Shown: in pieces, positions 8,721 through 19,089 of the stretch | Position numbering within the stretch: position 1 is the first letter of the stretch | How the letters are laid out: each line of letters begins with the position of its first letter | DNA from: Prevotella sp. | Lineage (GTDB): Bacteria > Bacteroidota > Bacteroidia > Bacteroidales > Bacteroidaceae | Length of the DNA: 64,000 nt | Reading direction: 5' to 3' | Assembly: GCA_051875605.1 (NCBI GenBank) | Contig: JBJEHA010000013.1 | Coordinates: 3,648 to 67,647, forward strand | Made by a program: the position numbers and the translations under genes | Notes under the pieces: model-generated | Told to the model about the DNA's origin: nothing | Database searches by the model: none | Seen by the model: the letters and a program-made list of their open reading frames with translations, nothing else

Positions 8721-11255
8721 ATGATGACCAGTCAATTCTCCCCCAACGTATCACAGATACTTGCCTTCAGTAAAGAAGAGGCCATGCGCCTTTCAAGCAA
8801 GGCCGTCGGGCCTGAACACTTGTTACTGGGCATACTCAGGGAAAAGGAAAGTCTGCTCGGGCGGATGTTTCTCATGATGGATGTGAACCCACAGACGGTC
8901 AAGAAGGAACTGGAGAAAAAAATCCAGGAAACCGACAGCAAGATAAATGGTCCGGTGATGGACATCATGCTCACAGACAAGGCCAGCAACATTCTTAAGC
9001 TGGCTGTTCTCGAAGCGCGTCTGCAACGCACTCAGACCGTTGACGTGCAGCATCTTGTACTGGCCATACTGCATGACTCTTCTGAAAATGGGGCCAAGGA
9101 AATTCTGGAAAACAACAATATGGACTACGATAATACACTCAAATTCTTCAAAAGCCAGACCAATCAGGTGCGTAATGGCATAGGATTGCCTGAAGACGAT
9201 GACCTGCTGGATGAACAGGCTGGCTCTGCAAAAGAAACAAAAGGCACACATAGTGCAACTGCCGTTAAGGGAAAGAACACAAAGACACCGGTTCTTGACA
9301 ATTTCTCAACAGACCTGACTCAGGCTGCTCTGGATGGCAAGCTCGACCCCGTTATCGGTAGGGAAAACGAAATCATGCGTGTCACGGAAATACTGAACAG
9401 ACGGAAAAAGAACAATCCCATACTCATCGGTGAACCGGGTGTGGGGAAAAGTGCCATAGCTGAAGGACTTGCACAACTCATTGCAAAACGTCAGACTTCA
9501 CCTTTGTTGTTCGGCAAGCGAATCGTCAGCCTGGACATGACCTCCATTGTTGCAGGAACAAAATACAGAGGACAATTCGAGGAACGCATACAGGCTTTAC
9601 TGAAAGAACTTGAAGAGAATAGTGATATCATTGTATTCATTGACGAGATTCACACGCTCGTGGGGGCAGGCAGTACACCGGGCAGCATGGATGCAGCCAA
9701 TATCATGAAACCGGCGTTGGCCAGAGGTACAATACAGTGTATCGGCGCAACGACACTAGACGAATACCGGAACAGCATAGAAAAAGACGGTGCATTGGAG
9801 CGTCGTTTCCAGAAGGTAATGGTGGAACCGACTACACCGGAGCAGACGCTGGACATTCTGCAAAACATAAAAGACAGGTATGAAACACATCACTTGGTAG
9901 AATATACAGACGATGCACTGAAAGCGTGTGTCAAGTTGACGGAACGATACATTACAGACAGATGTTTCCCCGACAAAGCCATAGACGCACTGGATGAAGT
10001 CGGTGCAAAAGTACATTTAAAGAATACAAGTGTCCCTCCGTTCTATGAGGAAATGCAGAAGGCCATTGACGATACCAAGACACAGAAAATGTGTGCTGTC
10101 AAAGAACAGAATTTTGAACTGGCTGCAAGAATCAGGGACAAACAGGTCGCTCTGGAGAAAGAGTTTGAGGACCTATGTGTGGAATATCTCAAAGACAAGA
10201 AGGAAAACCGCATAACTGTTACTGAAACGGAAGTTGCGGAAGTTGTTTCCATCATGTCGGGCGTTCCTGTTCAAAGAGTAGCAGAATCGGAAGGAATCCG
10301 GCTGAAAGGAATGGCAGAATCGCTTCGACAGGTTGTAGTGGCTCAGGATAAGGCTATAGACAAGATGGTGAAAGCCATCCTACGCAACAGGGTGGGACTG
10401 AAGGACCCTAACCATCCTATCGGAGTGTTCATGTTCCTTGGCCCAACGGGTGTAGGCAAGACTTATCTGGCAAAGGAACTGGCCAGGTTCATGTTCGGTT
10501 CCACGGATGCGCTCATCCGCGTGGACATGAGTGAATACACGGAGAGTTTCAATGTCTCCCGACTCGTCGGTCCGCCTCCAGGATATGTCGGCTATGAAGA
10601 AGGAGGCCAATTGACGGAAAAGGTTCGCAGACATCCCTATTCAATTGTCCTGCTTGATGAAATCGAGAAAGCCCATGGCAATGTATTTAACCTTTTGCTG
10701 CAGGTGCTTGACGAAGGCAGGTTGACAGACGGCAACGGCCGACTGGTTGATTTCCGCAACACAGTGATAATCATGACTTCAAACGCCGGAACAAGGCAAT
10801 TAAAGGATTTTGGCCGCGGAATAGGTTTCACTGCAACATCATTTGGTTCTGACATTGACGAGAGCGACAAGGAATATGCCAGAAGCATTATCCAGAAAAC
10901 ACTCAGCAAGCAGTTTGCGCCGGAATTCCTTAACCGTCTGGACGAAATCATCACATTCGACCAGCTCGACAAGAACGCCATCAAGTCGATTACGGATATA
11001 GAATTGGGTAAGTTACTTCGCCGGATGGAAGGCCTTGGCTATAGTGTCGAGGTGTCAGAGAAGGCAAGGGAACTGATTGCATCGAAGGGTTATGACGTGC
11101 AGTTCGGAGCCCGGCCGTTGAAACGTGCCATCCAGTCGTACGTAGAGGACGGCCTTTGCGAGATGATTCTAACGGATGAACTTCAGAAAGGTTCGAAGAT
11201 AATCGTTGACCGTGAAGACGGTGCTGAGAAACTTTCCTTCCGTGCCGAGCAATAG
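8721..11255 (+). CDS. clpC: ATP-dependent Clp protease ATP-binding subunit ClpC
   Basis: Clp N-domain, Walker A motifs GEPGVGKS and [11 protein letters not shown]-like [13 protein letters not shown] middle domain, [10 protein letters not shown]. Confidence 0.92.
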   Translation: MMTSQFSPNVSQILAFSKEEAMRLSSKAVGPEHLLLGILREKESLLGRMFLMMDVNPQTVKKELEKKIQETDSKINGPVMDIMLTDKASNILKLAVLEARLQRTQTVDVQHLVLAILHDSSENGAKEILENNNMDYDNTLKFFKSQTNQVRNGIGLPEDDDLLDEQAGSAKETKGTHSATAVKGKNTKTPVLDNFSTDLTQAALDGKLDPVIGRENEIMRVTEILNRRKKNNPILIGEPGVGKSAIAEGLAQLIAKRQTSPLLFGKRIVSLDMTSIVAGTKYRGQFEERIQALLKELEENSDIIVFIDEIHTLVGAGSTPGSMDAANIMKPALARGTIQCIGATTLDEYRNSIEKDGALERRFQKVMVEPTTPEQTLDILQNIKDRYETHHLVEYTDDALKACVKLTERYITDRCFPDKAIDALDEVGAKVHLKNTSVPPFYEEMQKAIDDTKTQKMCAVKEQNFELAARIRDKQVALEKEFEDLCVEYLKDKKENRITVTETEVAEVVSIMSGVPVQRVAESEGIRLKGMAESLRQVVVAQDKAIDKMVKAILRNRVGLKDPNHPIGVFMFLGPTGVGKTYLAKELARFMFGSTDALIRVDMSEYTESFNVSRLVGPPPGYVGYEEGGQLTEKVRRHPYSIVLLDEIEKAHGNVFNLLLQVLDEGRLTDGNGRLVDFRNTVIIMTSNAGTRQLKDFGRGIGFTATSFGSDIDESDKEYARSIIQKTLSKQFAPEFLNRLDEIITFDQLDKNAIKSITDIELGKLLRRMEGLGYSVEVSEKARELIASKGYDVQFGARPLKRAIQSYVEDGLCEMILTDELQKGSKIIVDREDGAEKLSFRAEQ

Positions 11256-11328
11256 TCAAGTGCAGGATTTAGAGTGATTTAGTTCTGTTTTCCAGAAACA
11301 AAGTCCTGGTTGCAGGAAACGGATACAG

Positions 11329-11378
11329 GCGAACGCGCAGATAGACATGTGGAATTGTCTGTCTGCGCGTTCGCTTTT
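11329..11378 (+). terminator. Intrinsic terminator after clpC
   Basis: 19-bp stem GCGAACGCGCAGATAGACA/TGTCTGTCTGCGCGTTCGC (one G.T pair) followed by TTTT. Confidence 0.75.
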
Positions 11379-11401
11379 CCTGTTGTCATGGTGCAGTTTC
11401 T

Positions 11402-12478
11402 TCAGAGCATCCCTTTGGTTGAAGGAAGTATGAGGTGTGACACATCACGCCTGACCGCCATTTTCACAGCCTTTGCAAAAGCCTTGAAGATGCCTTCAAT
11501 CTTATGGTGCTCGTTAGTTCCGTCAGCACGGACATCCAGATTCATTCTTGCGGCATCGCTCAGGCTCTTGAAGAAATGGAAGAACATTTCCGTGGGCATT
11601 TCTCCGATTTTCTCCCGATGGAAGTCTGCTTTCCAGTTGAGCCATGCCCTTCCTCCAAAATCAAGGGCGACCTGACATAGACAGTCGTCCATAGGCAGAC
11701 AGAAGCCATAGCGTTCTATTCCCCGTTTATCGCCCAATGCGCGCATAAGGCATTCGCCCAGTGCTATGCCGGTATCCTCGATGGTGTGGTGCTCATCAAC
11801 GTGCAGGTCACCGCTAACGTGCACCTTCAAGTCGATAAGGCCGTGTCTCCCAATCTGTTCGAGCATGTGGTCGAAGAACCCCAGGCCTGTAGATATGTCG
11901 CACTTTCCTGATCCGTCCAGATTCATCTCTATGCTGATGTCAGTTTCGTGGGTCACTCTTTTGCAAACGGCCTTGCGTTCTCCGGCCAGCAGAAGTTCAG
12001 CGATTTTCTCCCAGGTCATACCGTCTTGTCCCAGAATCAAGGCCTTGCATCCCAGGTTTTCTGCCAGTTGTCTGTCTGTTTCCCTGTCCCCTATCACATA
12101 GCTGTTGGCCATATCATAGGCAGGATTGTCCAGATAGTGTGTCAGCATACCTGTACCGGGTTTGCGCATGGGGGAATTGTCTTCGGGAAAATGCCGGTCG
12201 ATGAGCTGTTCGTCAAATATTATCCCTTCCCCTTCAAGGGTCTGCAAAATGAAATTGTGAACCGGCCAGAATGTATCTTCAGGAAAAGATGCCGTGCCCA
12301 GACCATCCTGATTGCTCACCATCACACACCGGTAGTCATTGCGCTTGCACACTGCCGACAATGCTGCGAACACGCCATCGACAAACTTCAGCTTCCCGAA
12401 CGAGTCGATCTGCTCGTCGGCCGGCTCTTCTATCAGCGTCCCGTCCCGGTCTATAAAGAGTATTTTCTGTTTAACCAT
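11402..12478 (-). CDS. hisB: Bifunctional histidinol-phosphatase / imidazoleglycerol-phosphate dehydratase
   Basis: HAD motif FIDRDGTL in the N-domain; IGPD motifs [21 protein letters not shown]. Confidence 0.95.
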   Translation of the reverse strand: MVKQKILFIDRDGTLIEEPADEQIDSFGKLKFVDGVFAALSAVCKRNDYRCVMVSNQDGLGTASFPEDTFWPVHNFILQTLEGEGIIFDEQLIDRHFPEDNSPMRKPGTGMLTHYLDNPAYDMANSYVIGDRETDRQLAENLGCKALILGQDGMTWEKIAELLLAGERKAVCKRVTHETDISIEMNLDGSGKCDISTGLGFFDHMLEQIGRHGLIDLKVHVSGDLHVDEHHTIEDTGIALGECLMRALGDKRGIERYGFCLPMDDCLCQVALDFGGRAWLNWKADFHREKIGEMPTEMFFHFFKSLSDAARMNLDVRADGTNEHHKIEGIFKAFAKAVKMAVRRDVSHLILPSTKGML

Positions 12479-12490
12479 AATTACCTGTTA

Positions 12491-13384
12491 TCATTTCGTG
12501 ACTGCCTTGTCGGCATCAGCTTTATCCTTGTCTTTTCCCTTCATCCTGCTTTCCACGCTGGTATAGATGTAGTAATTGACAAGCATCACCCACATCAGCA
12601 CATAGGCCATAAGAAAGCCCACCGCAACCGAAACCGCAGCTTCCAGCAGACAGAAGTTCTCCGGCAGTCCGGACGCATCGCCGAGTGCCATGCCGAGTGC
12701 GTTTGACTGTTCTGCCAGAATGAGCACGTGTAGCGGCAAACCCAGGACTATGATAATGGGCACCAGGACAATGAGGGTGACGAACACGGTGATGAACATG
12801 AATCCTGCATATCGCCATGCCATGCGGTAGGGACGGCCGAACACTTCACGGATGGAGACATTCTCCTCCACGACATAGCGCATGCCGGTATAGACCAAAG
12901 GCAGGCATGCCATGCAGAAAACCAGCAGGTCTGCAGTGCTGATGGCCAGCATGCCCGTCAAGGTTGCAGGAACCCATTTCAGCAGCCCGGTCAACAGACT
13001 GCAGATGCCGATGTTCAGCAGTACATAGACCAGCCAGAGTGCAACATAGATGCCCGCAAGCTTCAGGTTGTGCATGTAGAGCTGTTTCAGACTGCCACCC
13101 CTCAGCAGCATGACAAAGCGCGTGGACAGCCAACACAGTACCAGGATGCCCGCGATGGCGGAAAGCACCGACAGTACCAGGGGCACGAAAATGGCAGATG
13201 GCTTCGCGTGGAAGTCCACCTCCGGAATCATATAGGCCAGACCATTGAGCAGTGCAAACGCAAGAGCGGCTGTCCATGTGTTCCGGGTGATGACGCCGAA
13301 ATTATCGCAGAACGTCAGAAAGGCACTTTTCAGGCAGGCTGAAAAACTGCGTACCTTGAACAATTCTTTATCTATCATATTCAT
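12491..13384 (-). CDS. Hypothetical integral membrane protein
   Basis: Five to six hydrophobic segments; its start overlaps the stop of the upstream methyltransferase. Confidence 0.65.
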   Translation of the reverse strand: MNMIDKELFKVRSFSACLKSAFLTFCDNFGVITRNTWTAALAFALLNGLAYMIPEVDFHAKPSAIFVPLVLSVLSAIAGILVLCWLSTRFVMLLRGGSLKQLYMHNLKLAGIYVALWLVYVLLNIGICSLLTGLLKWVPATLTGMLAISTADLLVFCMACLPLVYTGMRYVVEENVSIREVFGRPYRMAWRYAGFMFITVFVTLIVLVPIIIVLGLPLHVLILAEQSNALGMALGDASGLPENFCLLEAAVSVAVGFLMAYVLMWVMLVNYYIYTSVESRMKGKDKDKADADKAVTK

Positions 13385-14145
13385 ATTATTGTTTGTTTTC
13401 TGAATTCAGCGCAAACCACAGCCGTGGCTATGGCTACATTGAGGCTCTCTGCACATGTCGTTTCCTGTTGATAACAAGGTATATAGAGCCTCCGGTTCAC
13501 GCGTTTCCTTATGTCTTCAGATATGCCGTTGCCCTCATTTCCCATCACTATCATGCCGTGATGCGTGAGCTGCTGCGCATAGATGTTCTCGCCATCGAGC
13601 AGCGTGCCATAAACCGGATAGCCATCGGGCAAGCGGTCGATGAATGCGGACAGGTCTGTGTAGCACAGCCTCACGCGTGCTATGCTTCCCATGGTGGCCT
13701 GCACCACTTTCGGATTATATTGGTCGGCACAATCCGGGCTGCACACTATGGTATCGATGCCGAACCAGTCAGCCACCCGGATGATTGTGCCGAGATTGCC
13801 GGGATCCTGCACCCCGTCAAGAGCCAGGCAAAGGCGGTGCTCCACATCGGCTGCTGACAGGCTGGCTGACGGCTGACGGAAAACGGCGATTACCTGTTGC
13901 GGATGTTGCAGGAAACTTACCTTGCGCAGGGTTTCCTCATCCACCTCATACAATTCCGTGTCTTCAGGCAGTCTTTTCCCCACCGGTTGCCATTGGGATG
14001 TAGCAGCAACAAGTACGGGCACCAAGCCATGGTCAAGCAGGTCGCCCACCACTTTCGGCCCTTCCGCCACGAACACCCCTTCCGCCCTCCGGTTCTTCTT
14101 CAGTTCGAGTGAACGGATGTATTTTATCTTGTTCTTACTGAGCAT
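13381..14145 (-). CDS. TrmH/SpoU family RNA methyltransferase
   Basis: SpoU motifs LDGVQDPGNLGTIIR, GNEGNGIS, ESLNVAIA. Confidence 0.9.
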   Translation of the reverse strand: MLSKNKIKYIRSLELKKNRRAEGVFVAEGPKVVGDLLDHGLVPVLVAATSQWQPVGKRLPEDTELYEVDEETLRKVSFLQHPQQVIAVFRQPSASLSAADVEHRLCLALDGVQDPGNLGTIIRVADWFGIDTIVCSPDCADQYNPKVVQATMGSIARVRLCYTDLSAFIDRLPDGYPVYGTLLDGENIYAQQLTHHGMIVMGNEGNGISEDIRKRVNRRLYIPCYQQETTCAESLNVAIATAVVCAEFRKQTII

Positions 14146-14161
14146 GCCCTCAATTTTTGTG

Positions 14162-14169
14162 CAAACTTA
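14162..14169 (-). promoter_or_regulatory. -7 box for the methyltransferase operon
   Basis: Reverse complement TAAGTTTG(CA). Confidence 0.55.
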
Positions 14170-14248
14170 CATATTTTTTTCCGAATAACCACAGTGACAG
14201 GTTTGTTTAACGCGATTCAACATTCTAAGCGCAATAAAAGCCAAAAAT

Positions 14249-14790
14249 CAAAGTGTCAGATTTTTAACACTTTTGCTTACATTTTGATTTTCCAGCCATT
14301 TCTGAAGATTCGGAGGGAACCTGGTTTTTGCGCGCCAACGATTTTTTTTGATTTTGGACGGCTGTTTTGTAAATCATTGATAGTCAATGAGATGATTTTT
14401 TAAAGACCGGGAGTGTTAAAGAAAATCGTCCGATTTTAACATAAAATCCGTTAAATTTATGCACAAAATGCGCGGTTTGTGCAGTTTTCAGCCCCCTTTT
14501 TTCGTACTTTTGGCTGGAAAATCGCGGTTTTGGGGCCGAAAAACCTGAGTTTTTGCCCCGAAACAGTTAAGTTTTTCCTCAAAAACACTTAAGTGCCGGA
14601 ACGAAAATAGTTAACTAATTTTCTGGAAACAGTTAAGTGTTCCCCCCCTAACACTTAACTGATTTTTCCGTTTTGTGCAAAAAACCGACATTTTGCACTT
14701 GTTAACATGAAAATCGGCTCAAAACCGCCTGTTTTTCAAGACCCCGAAAAATCAAAGTGTAAGCAAAAACGTTAAAATTCTGACACTTTG
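14249..14790 (+). repeat. 542-bp dispersed intergenic element, copy 2
   Basis: End modules at 14249-14286 and 14753-14790; first TTAA box at 14567 (offset 319, as in copy 1). Confidence 0.95.
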
Positions 14791-14881
14791 CAAAAAGCGG
14801 GTATAGTCTCCTGTCCTTTTTCGGGAGACTGGTGCACAAACTTTTCAAACGTACCTCAATAAGAATTTGAAAAAAAAATCG

Positions 14882-14889
14882 TAACTTTG
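14882..14889 (+). promoter_or_regulatory. -7 box upstream of the ABC-F gene
   Basis: TAACTTTG(CA). Confidence 0.55.
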
Positions 14890-15003
14890 CATGTATATTT
14901 TCAGATAGGTATATTTCACGGCAAGCCTCCTCCCCAATTGCAGAGAGAAGTGGATTTTGTTCAGCAGACAGTTGCCGTGTGCAAGGCATAGAAGATAGAA
15001 ACA

Positions 15004-16941
15004 ATGATTTCAGTAGAAGGATTGAAGGTGGAGTTCGGCATCAAACCGCTGTTTGCCGATGCCTCATTCGTGGTCAACGACCATGACCGCATAGCCCTTG
15101 TGGGAAAGAACGGCGCAGGAAAGTCCACCCTTTTGAAGATACTCAACGGTTCGCAACAGCCTACAGCCGGCAGCGTTTCCGCATCAACCGGCACCACCAT
15201 AGGCTATCTGCCGCAGGTCATGAAGCTTCAGGACGACACCACCGTGCGCGAGGAGGCACGCAAGGCCTTTGCCGATACCACAAGGATGAAGGAACGCATA
15301 GACCGCATGAACCAGGAGCTGGCCGAACGCACCGACTATGAGAGCGGGGAATATCTGGCACTGGTGGAGAGGTTCACCGCAGAGCATGAGCGTTACATGA
15401 TGATGGGCGGGGAAAGTTATGAAGCCGAGATTGAGCGCACGCTGATAGGCCTGGGATTCGTGAAGACAGACTTCGACCGCCCTACAAGCGAGTTCAGCGG
15501 TGGCTGGCGCATGCGCATAGAGCTGGCCAAGATACTGCTGCGCAAGCCAGACGTGCTGCTGCTTGACGAGCCCACCAACCACCTCGACATAGAAAGCATA
15601 CAGTGGCTGGAGCGGTTTCTGGCCCAGGGAAGCAATGCCGTGGTTCTGGTGAGCCATGACCGCGCATTCATCAACAACGTCACCAACAGGACGCTGGAGA
15701 TATCCTGCGGAAAGATCATCGACTACAAGGTGAACTACAACGAATATGTGACCCTGCGCACGGAACGGCGTGAGCAGCAGCTCCGCGCCTATCAGAACCA
15801 GCAGAAGGAAATAGCTGACATCAAGGATTTCATAGAACGTTTCCGCTATAAGCCCACAAAGGCCGTACAGGTGCAGAGCCGCATAAAGCAACTGGAGAAA
15901 ATCGTGCCGATAGAGATTGACGAGGTGGACAACTCCGCGCTCCACCTGAAGTTCCCCCCTTGCCTGCGCAGCGGTGACTACCCGCTCATCTGCGATGAGC
16001 TGGGAAAGACCTATGGTGCTCACAAGGTGTTCGGACATGCCACGTTCACCCTGAAGCGCGGCGAGAAGGTGGCCTTCGTGGGCAAGAACGGTGAAGGCAA
16101 ATCGACATTGGTGAAATGTATCATGGACGAAATACCATATACAGGTACGCTGAAGTTGGGACACAACGTGCAGATCGGCTATTTCGCGCAGAACCAGGCT
16201 CAGCTGCTGGACGAGCGGCTCACCGTGTTCCAGACCATCGACAATGTGGCCACGGGAGATGTGCGCATGCGCATCAACGACATCCTGGGCGCCTTCATGT
16301 TCGGCGGCGAGGCATCGGAAAAACCCGTGAAGGTGCTGAGCGGTGGCGAACGCAGCCGGCTGGCCATGATTCAGCTGCTGCTCAAACCGGTGAACTTCCT
16401 GATACTGGACGAGCCGACCAATCATCTGGACATGCCTTCAAAGGATGTGCTGAAAGAGGCCATAAAGGCATTCGACGGAACAGCCATCATCGTGAGCCAT
16501 GACCGTGAATTCCTTGACGGGCTGGTGAGCAAGGTCTATGAGTTCGGCCAGGGCAGGGTAAAGGAACACCTGGGAGGCATCTACGACTTCCTGCGCTCAC
16601 AGGACCAGACCATCGACGAAAGGCTCTCCATGGCTTCACCTGTACAGTCCAAGGTCCAGCCTCAGAAAGCCGAGGAGGCAGCCACCGGGAAGCAGTCGTA
16701 TGAGGAACGGAAGGAAATGCAGCGGCGCAGGAACCGGCTTGAAAAAGCCGTAAAGGAAAGCGAAAGGAAGATCGAGTCGATGGAGAACAGGCTCAAGGAA
16801 CTGGATGCCATACTCTGCCAGCCCGAGAACGCATCGGACATGGAAATCATTACAGAATACACCTCCACCAAACGGTGTCTGGACAAGGAGGTGGAAAACT
16901 GGGAAAAGCTGAGCGAGGAACTGGAAAATACCACAGCATAG
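15004..16941 (+). CDS. ABC-F family ATP-binding protein
   Basis: Two ABC cassettes (GKNGAGKST/FSGGWRMR and GKNGEGKST/LSGGERSR, each with DEPTNHLD), no transmembrane segments, C-terminal coiled coil. Confidence 0.9.
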   Translation: MISVEGLKVEFGIKPLFADASFVVNDHDRIALVGKNGAGKSTLLKILNGSQQPTAGSVSASTGTTIGYLPQVMKLQDDTTVREEARKAFADTTRMKERIDRMNQELAERTDYESGEYLALVERFTAEHERYMMMGGESYEAEIERTLIGLGFVKTDFDRPTSEFSGGWRMRIELAKILLRKPDVLLLDEPTNHLDIESIQWLERFLAQGSNAVVLVSHDRAFINNVTNRTLEISCGKIIDYKVNYNEYVTLRTERREQQLRAYQNQQKEIADIKDFIERFRYKPTKAVQVQSRIKQLEKIVPIEIDEVDNSALHLKFPPCLRSGDYPLICDELGKTYGAHKVFGHATFTLKRGEKVAFVGKNGEGKSTLVKCIMDEIPYTGTLKLGHNVQIGYFAQNQAQLLDERLTVFQTIDNVATGDVRMRINDILGAFMFGGEASEKPVKVLSGGERSRLAMIQLLLKPVNFLILDEPTNHLDMPSKDVLKEAIKAFDGTAIIVSHDREFLDGLVSKVYEFGQGRVKEHLGGIYDFLRSQDQTIDERLSMASPVQSKVQPQKAEEAATGKQSYEERKEMQRRRNRLEKAVKESERKIESMENRLKELDAILCQPENASDMEIITEYTSTKRCLDKEVENWEKLSEELENTTA

Positions 16942-16967
16942 ACAAGTCAAACCAGAACAAATCAAAT

Positions 16968-19001
16968 ATGAAAAAAATCATCACAATCATGGCAATTGCA
17001 TCATTGTCAGTGGGTGCCAATGCACAGACACAGCTGTCGGCAGGCATCGACATGAACAACCTGGACACCTCCGCCAGACCGGGGGAAAGTTTCTATCAAT
17101 ACGCTTGCGGCGGATGGATGAAAAACAATCCGCTTCCCGCAGCCTATTCGCGGTTCGGCAGTTTCGACCAGCTGGCGCAGGACAACAACAAGCGCATCAA
17201 CAGCATTCTTACAGACCTGCTGACCAAGTCCTGCACCGCAGGGACCGTGGAGCAGAAGCTGGGCGATTTCTACAAGCTGGCCATGGACTCTACACGCCGC
17301 AATAAGGAGGGTGTGAAGCCGGTCATGCCCATGATACAGGAAATTGAGAAGGCCAAGACCAAGGACGAACTGTTCGCCATTCAGCTGAAGCATCTGAAAT
17401 ACGGCAACCAGCAGTTCATAGGATGCTATCTCGGTGCCGACGAGAAGGACAGCAAGAACAACATTCTCAATGTATATCAGAGCGGTACGGTGTTGAGCCA
17501 GAAAGAATATTATCTGGACAACGACGATGCTACCGTGAAGATTCGTGAAGCCTACAGGCAGCATATCGTGAACATGTTCAGGCTGTTCGGATTCAAGGAG
17601 AAGGTAGCCCAGAAGAAAATGGAGCAGATCATGGAAGCGGAGACCACTCTTGCAAAGGTCAAGAAATCGCAGACCGAACTGCGTGACGTGGAAGCCAACT
17701 ACAACAAGATCACGTTGGACAGGTTCGAGACCGACTACCCGCATCTGAAGCTGAGCAGGCAACTCCAGGCCATGGGCATAGACCTGGCCACATGCAAGGA
17801 ACTGGTAATCGGACAGCCGGAGTTCCTCAGCGGTGCCGACAAGCTTGCTGCCGGAATCAGCCTCGATGCCATGAAAGCCTATATGGAATGGGGTATCATG
17901 GTCACAGCAGCCAGTTATCTGAGCGATGATGTCGTGGAGGAGAAATTCAACTTCTTCGGCCGGGTGATGTCAGGACGAAAGGAAAACCATCCGCGATGGA
18001 AACAAGCCACGCTCCAGGTGGAAGACCAGATGGGTGAAGCACTGGGAAAAATCTATGCAGAACGTTATTTTCCCGCATCCTCAAAAGAACGTATGGAGAA
18101 ACTGGTAGCCAATCTGCAGAAGTCGCTGGCCGAGCGCATCCAGGAACAAAGCTGGATGAGCAAGGAGACCAAGGCGGCTGCACTGGACAAGCTGAACAGC
18201 TTCTATGTGAAGATAGGCTATCCCAATCAGTGGAAAGACATGAGCGGACTGACTATCAATCCTCAGCAGTCGTATTGGGAAAATGTACTGACGTGCATGA
18301 CCTATTGGACAAAATATGACATAGACCGCAAAGCCGGTAAGCCGGTGGACCGCGATGAATGGTTCATGACCCCACAGACAGTCAATGCCTATTACAATCC
18401 CACAACCAATGAAATCTGCTTCCCGGCAGGAATCCTTCAGGTGCCTTTCTTTGACCCGAATGCCGATGATGCCTTTAATTACGGTGCTATTGGCGTGGTT
18501 ATCGGTCATGAAATGACCCACGGATTTGATGACCAGGGGCGGCATTATGACAAGTTCGGCAACATGACTGACTGGTGGACAGAAGAAGACGGAAAGAACT
18601 TCAACGAACGCGCCGAGACATGTGTTGACTTTTTTGCAGCCATCAACGTGCTGCCAGACTTGAAGGCCAACGGGAAATTGACACTCGGAGAGAATCTGGC
18701 TGACCATGGTGGTCTGCAGGTTTCATTCAACGCCTATAAAAATGCAACCAAAGAATCAGATTTACCCGTCATTGACGGACTCACGGCAGACCAGCGGTTC
18801 TTCCTTGCCTATGCAGGAGTATGGGCGGCCAATATCACAGAAGCAGAAATCAGGAACCGCACAAAGAGCGACCCACATTCTTTGGGAAAATGGCGCGTAG
18901 ATGGTGCCCTGCCCCATATCGACGCATGGTATGAAGCATTTGACATCAAGGAAGGCGACAGTATGTATTTGCCTAAAGAACAAAGGGTGAACCTTTGGTA
19001 A
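16968..19001 (+). CDS. pepO: M13 family metalloendopeptidase (PepO/neprilysin-like)
   Basis: Signal peptide MKKIITIMAIASLSVGANA; VNAYY, HEMTH and GENLAD motifs. Confidence 0.88.
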   Translation: MKKIITIMAIASLSVGANAQTQLSAGIDMNNLDTSARPGESFYQYACGGWMKNNPLPAAYSRFGSFDQLAQDNNKRINSILTDLLTKSCTAGTVEQKLGDFYKLAMDSTRRNKEGVKPVMPMIQEIEKAKTKDELFAIQLKHLKYGNQQFIGCYLGADEKDSKNNILNVYQSGTVLSQKEYYLDNDDATVKIREAYRQHIVNMFRLFGFKEKVAQKKMEQIMEAETTLAKVKKSQTELRDVEANYNKITLDRFETDYPHLKLSRQLQAMGIDLATCKELVIGQPEFLSGADKLAAGISLDAMKAYMEWGIMVTAASYLSDDVVEEKFNFFGRVMSGRKENHPRWKQATLQVEDQMGEALGKIYAERYFPASSKERMEKLVANLQKSLAERIQEQSWMSKETKAAALDKLNSFYVKIGYPNQWKDMSGLTINPQQSYWENVLTCMTYWTKYDIDRKAGKPVDRDEWFMTPQTVNAYYNPTTNEICFPAGILQVPFFDPNADDAFNYGAIGVVIGHEMTHGFDDQGRHYDKFGNMTDWWTEEDGKNFNERAETCVDFFAAINVLPDLKANGKLTLGENLADHGGLQVSFNAYKNATKESDLPVIDGLTADQRFFLAYAGVWAANITEAEIRNRTKSDPHSLGKWRVDGALPHIDAWYEAFDIKEGDSMYLPKEQRVNLW

Positions 19002-19089
19002 AAGCCGTATAACATTCTATAGTCCATGTGCATGGGAGGGGTTCCTGCCTCATGCACATGGATACAACAATAACAAAATAAAACCAGAA

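Noticed and set aside
19002-19089. SAM riboswitch upstream of metA
   Set aside because: No SAM-I or SAM-II core motifs are recognisable in the 88-bp gap.
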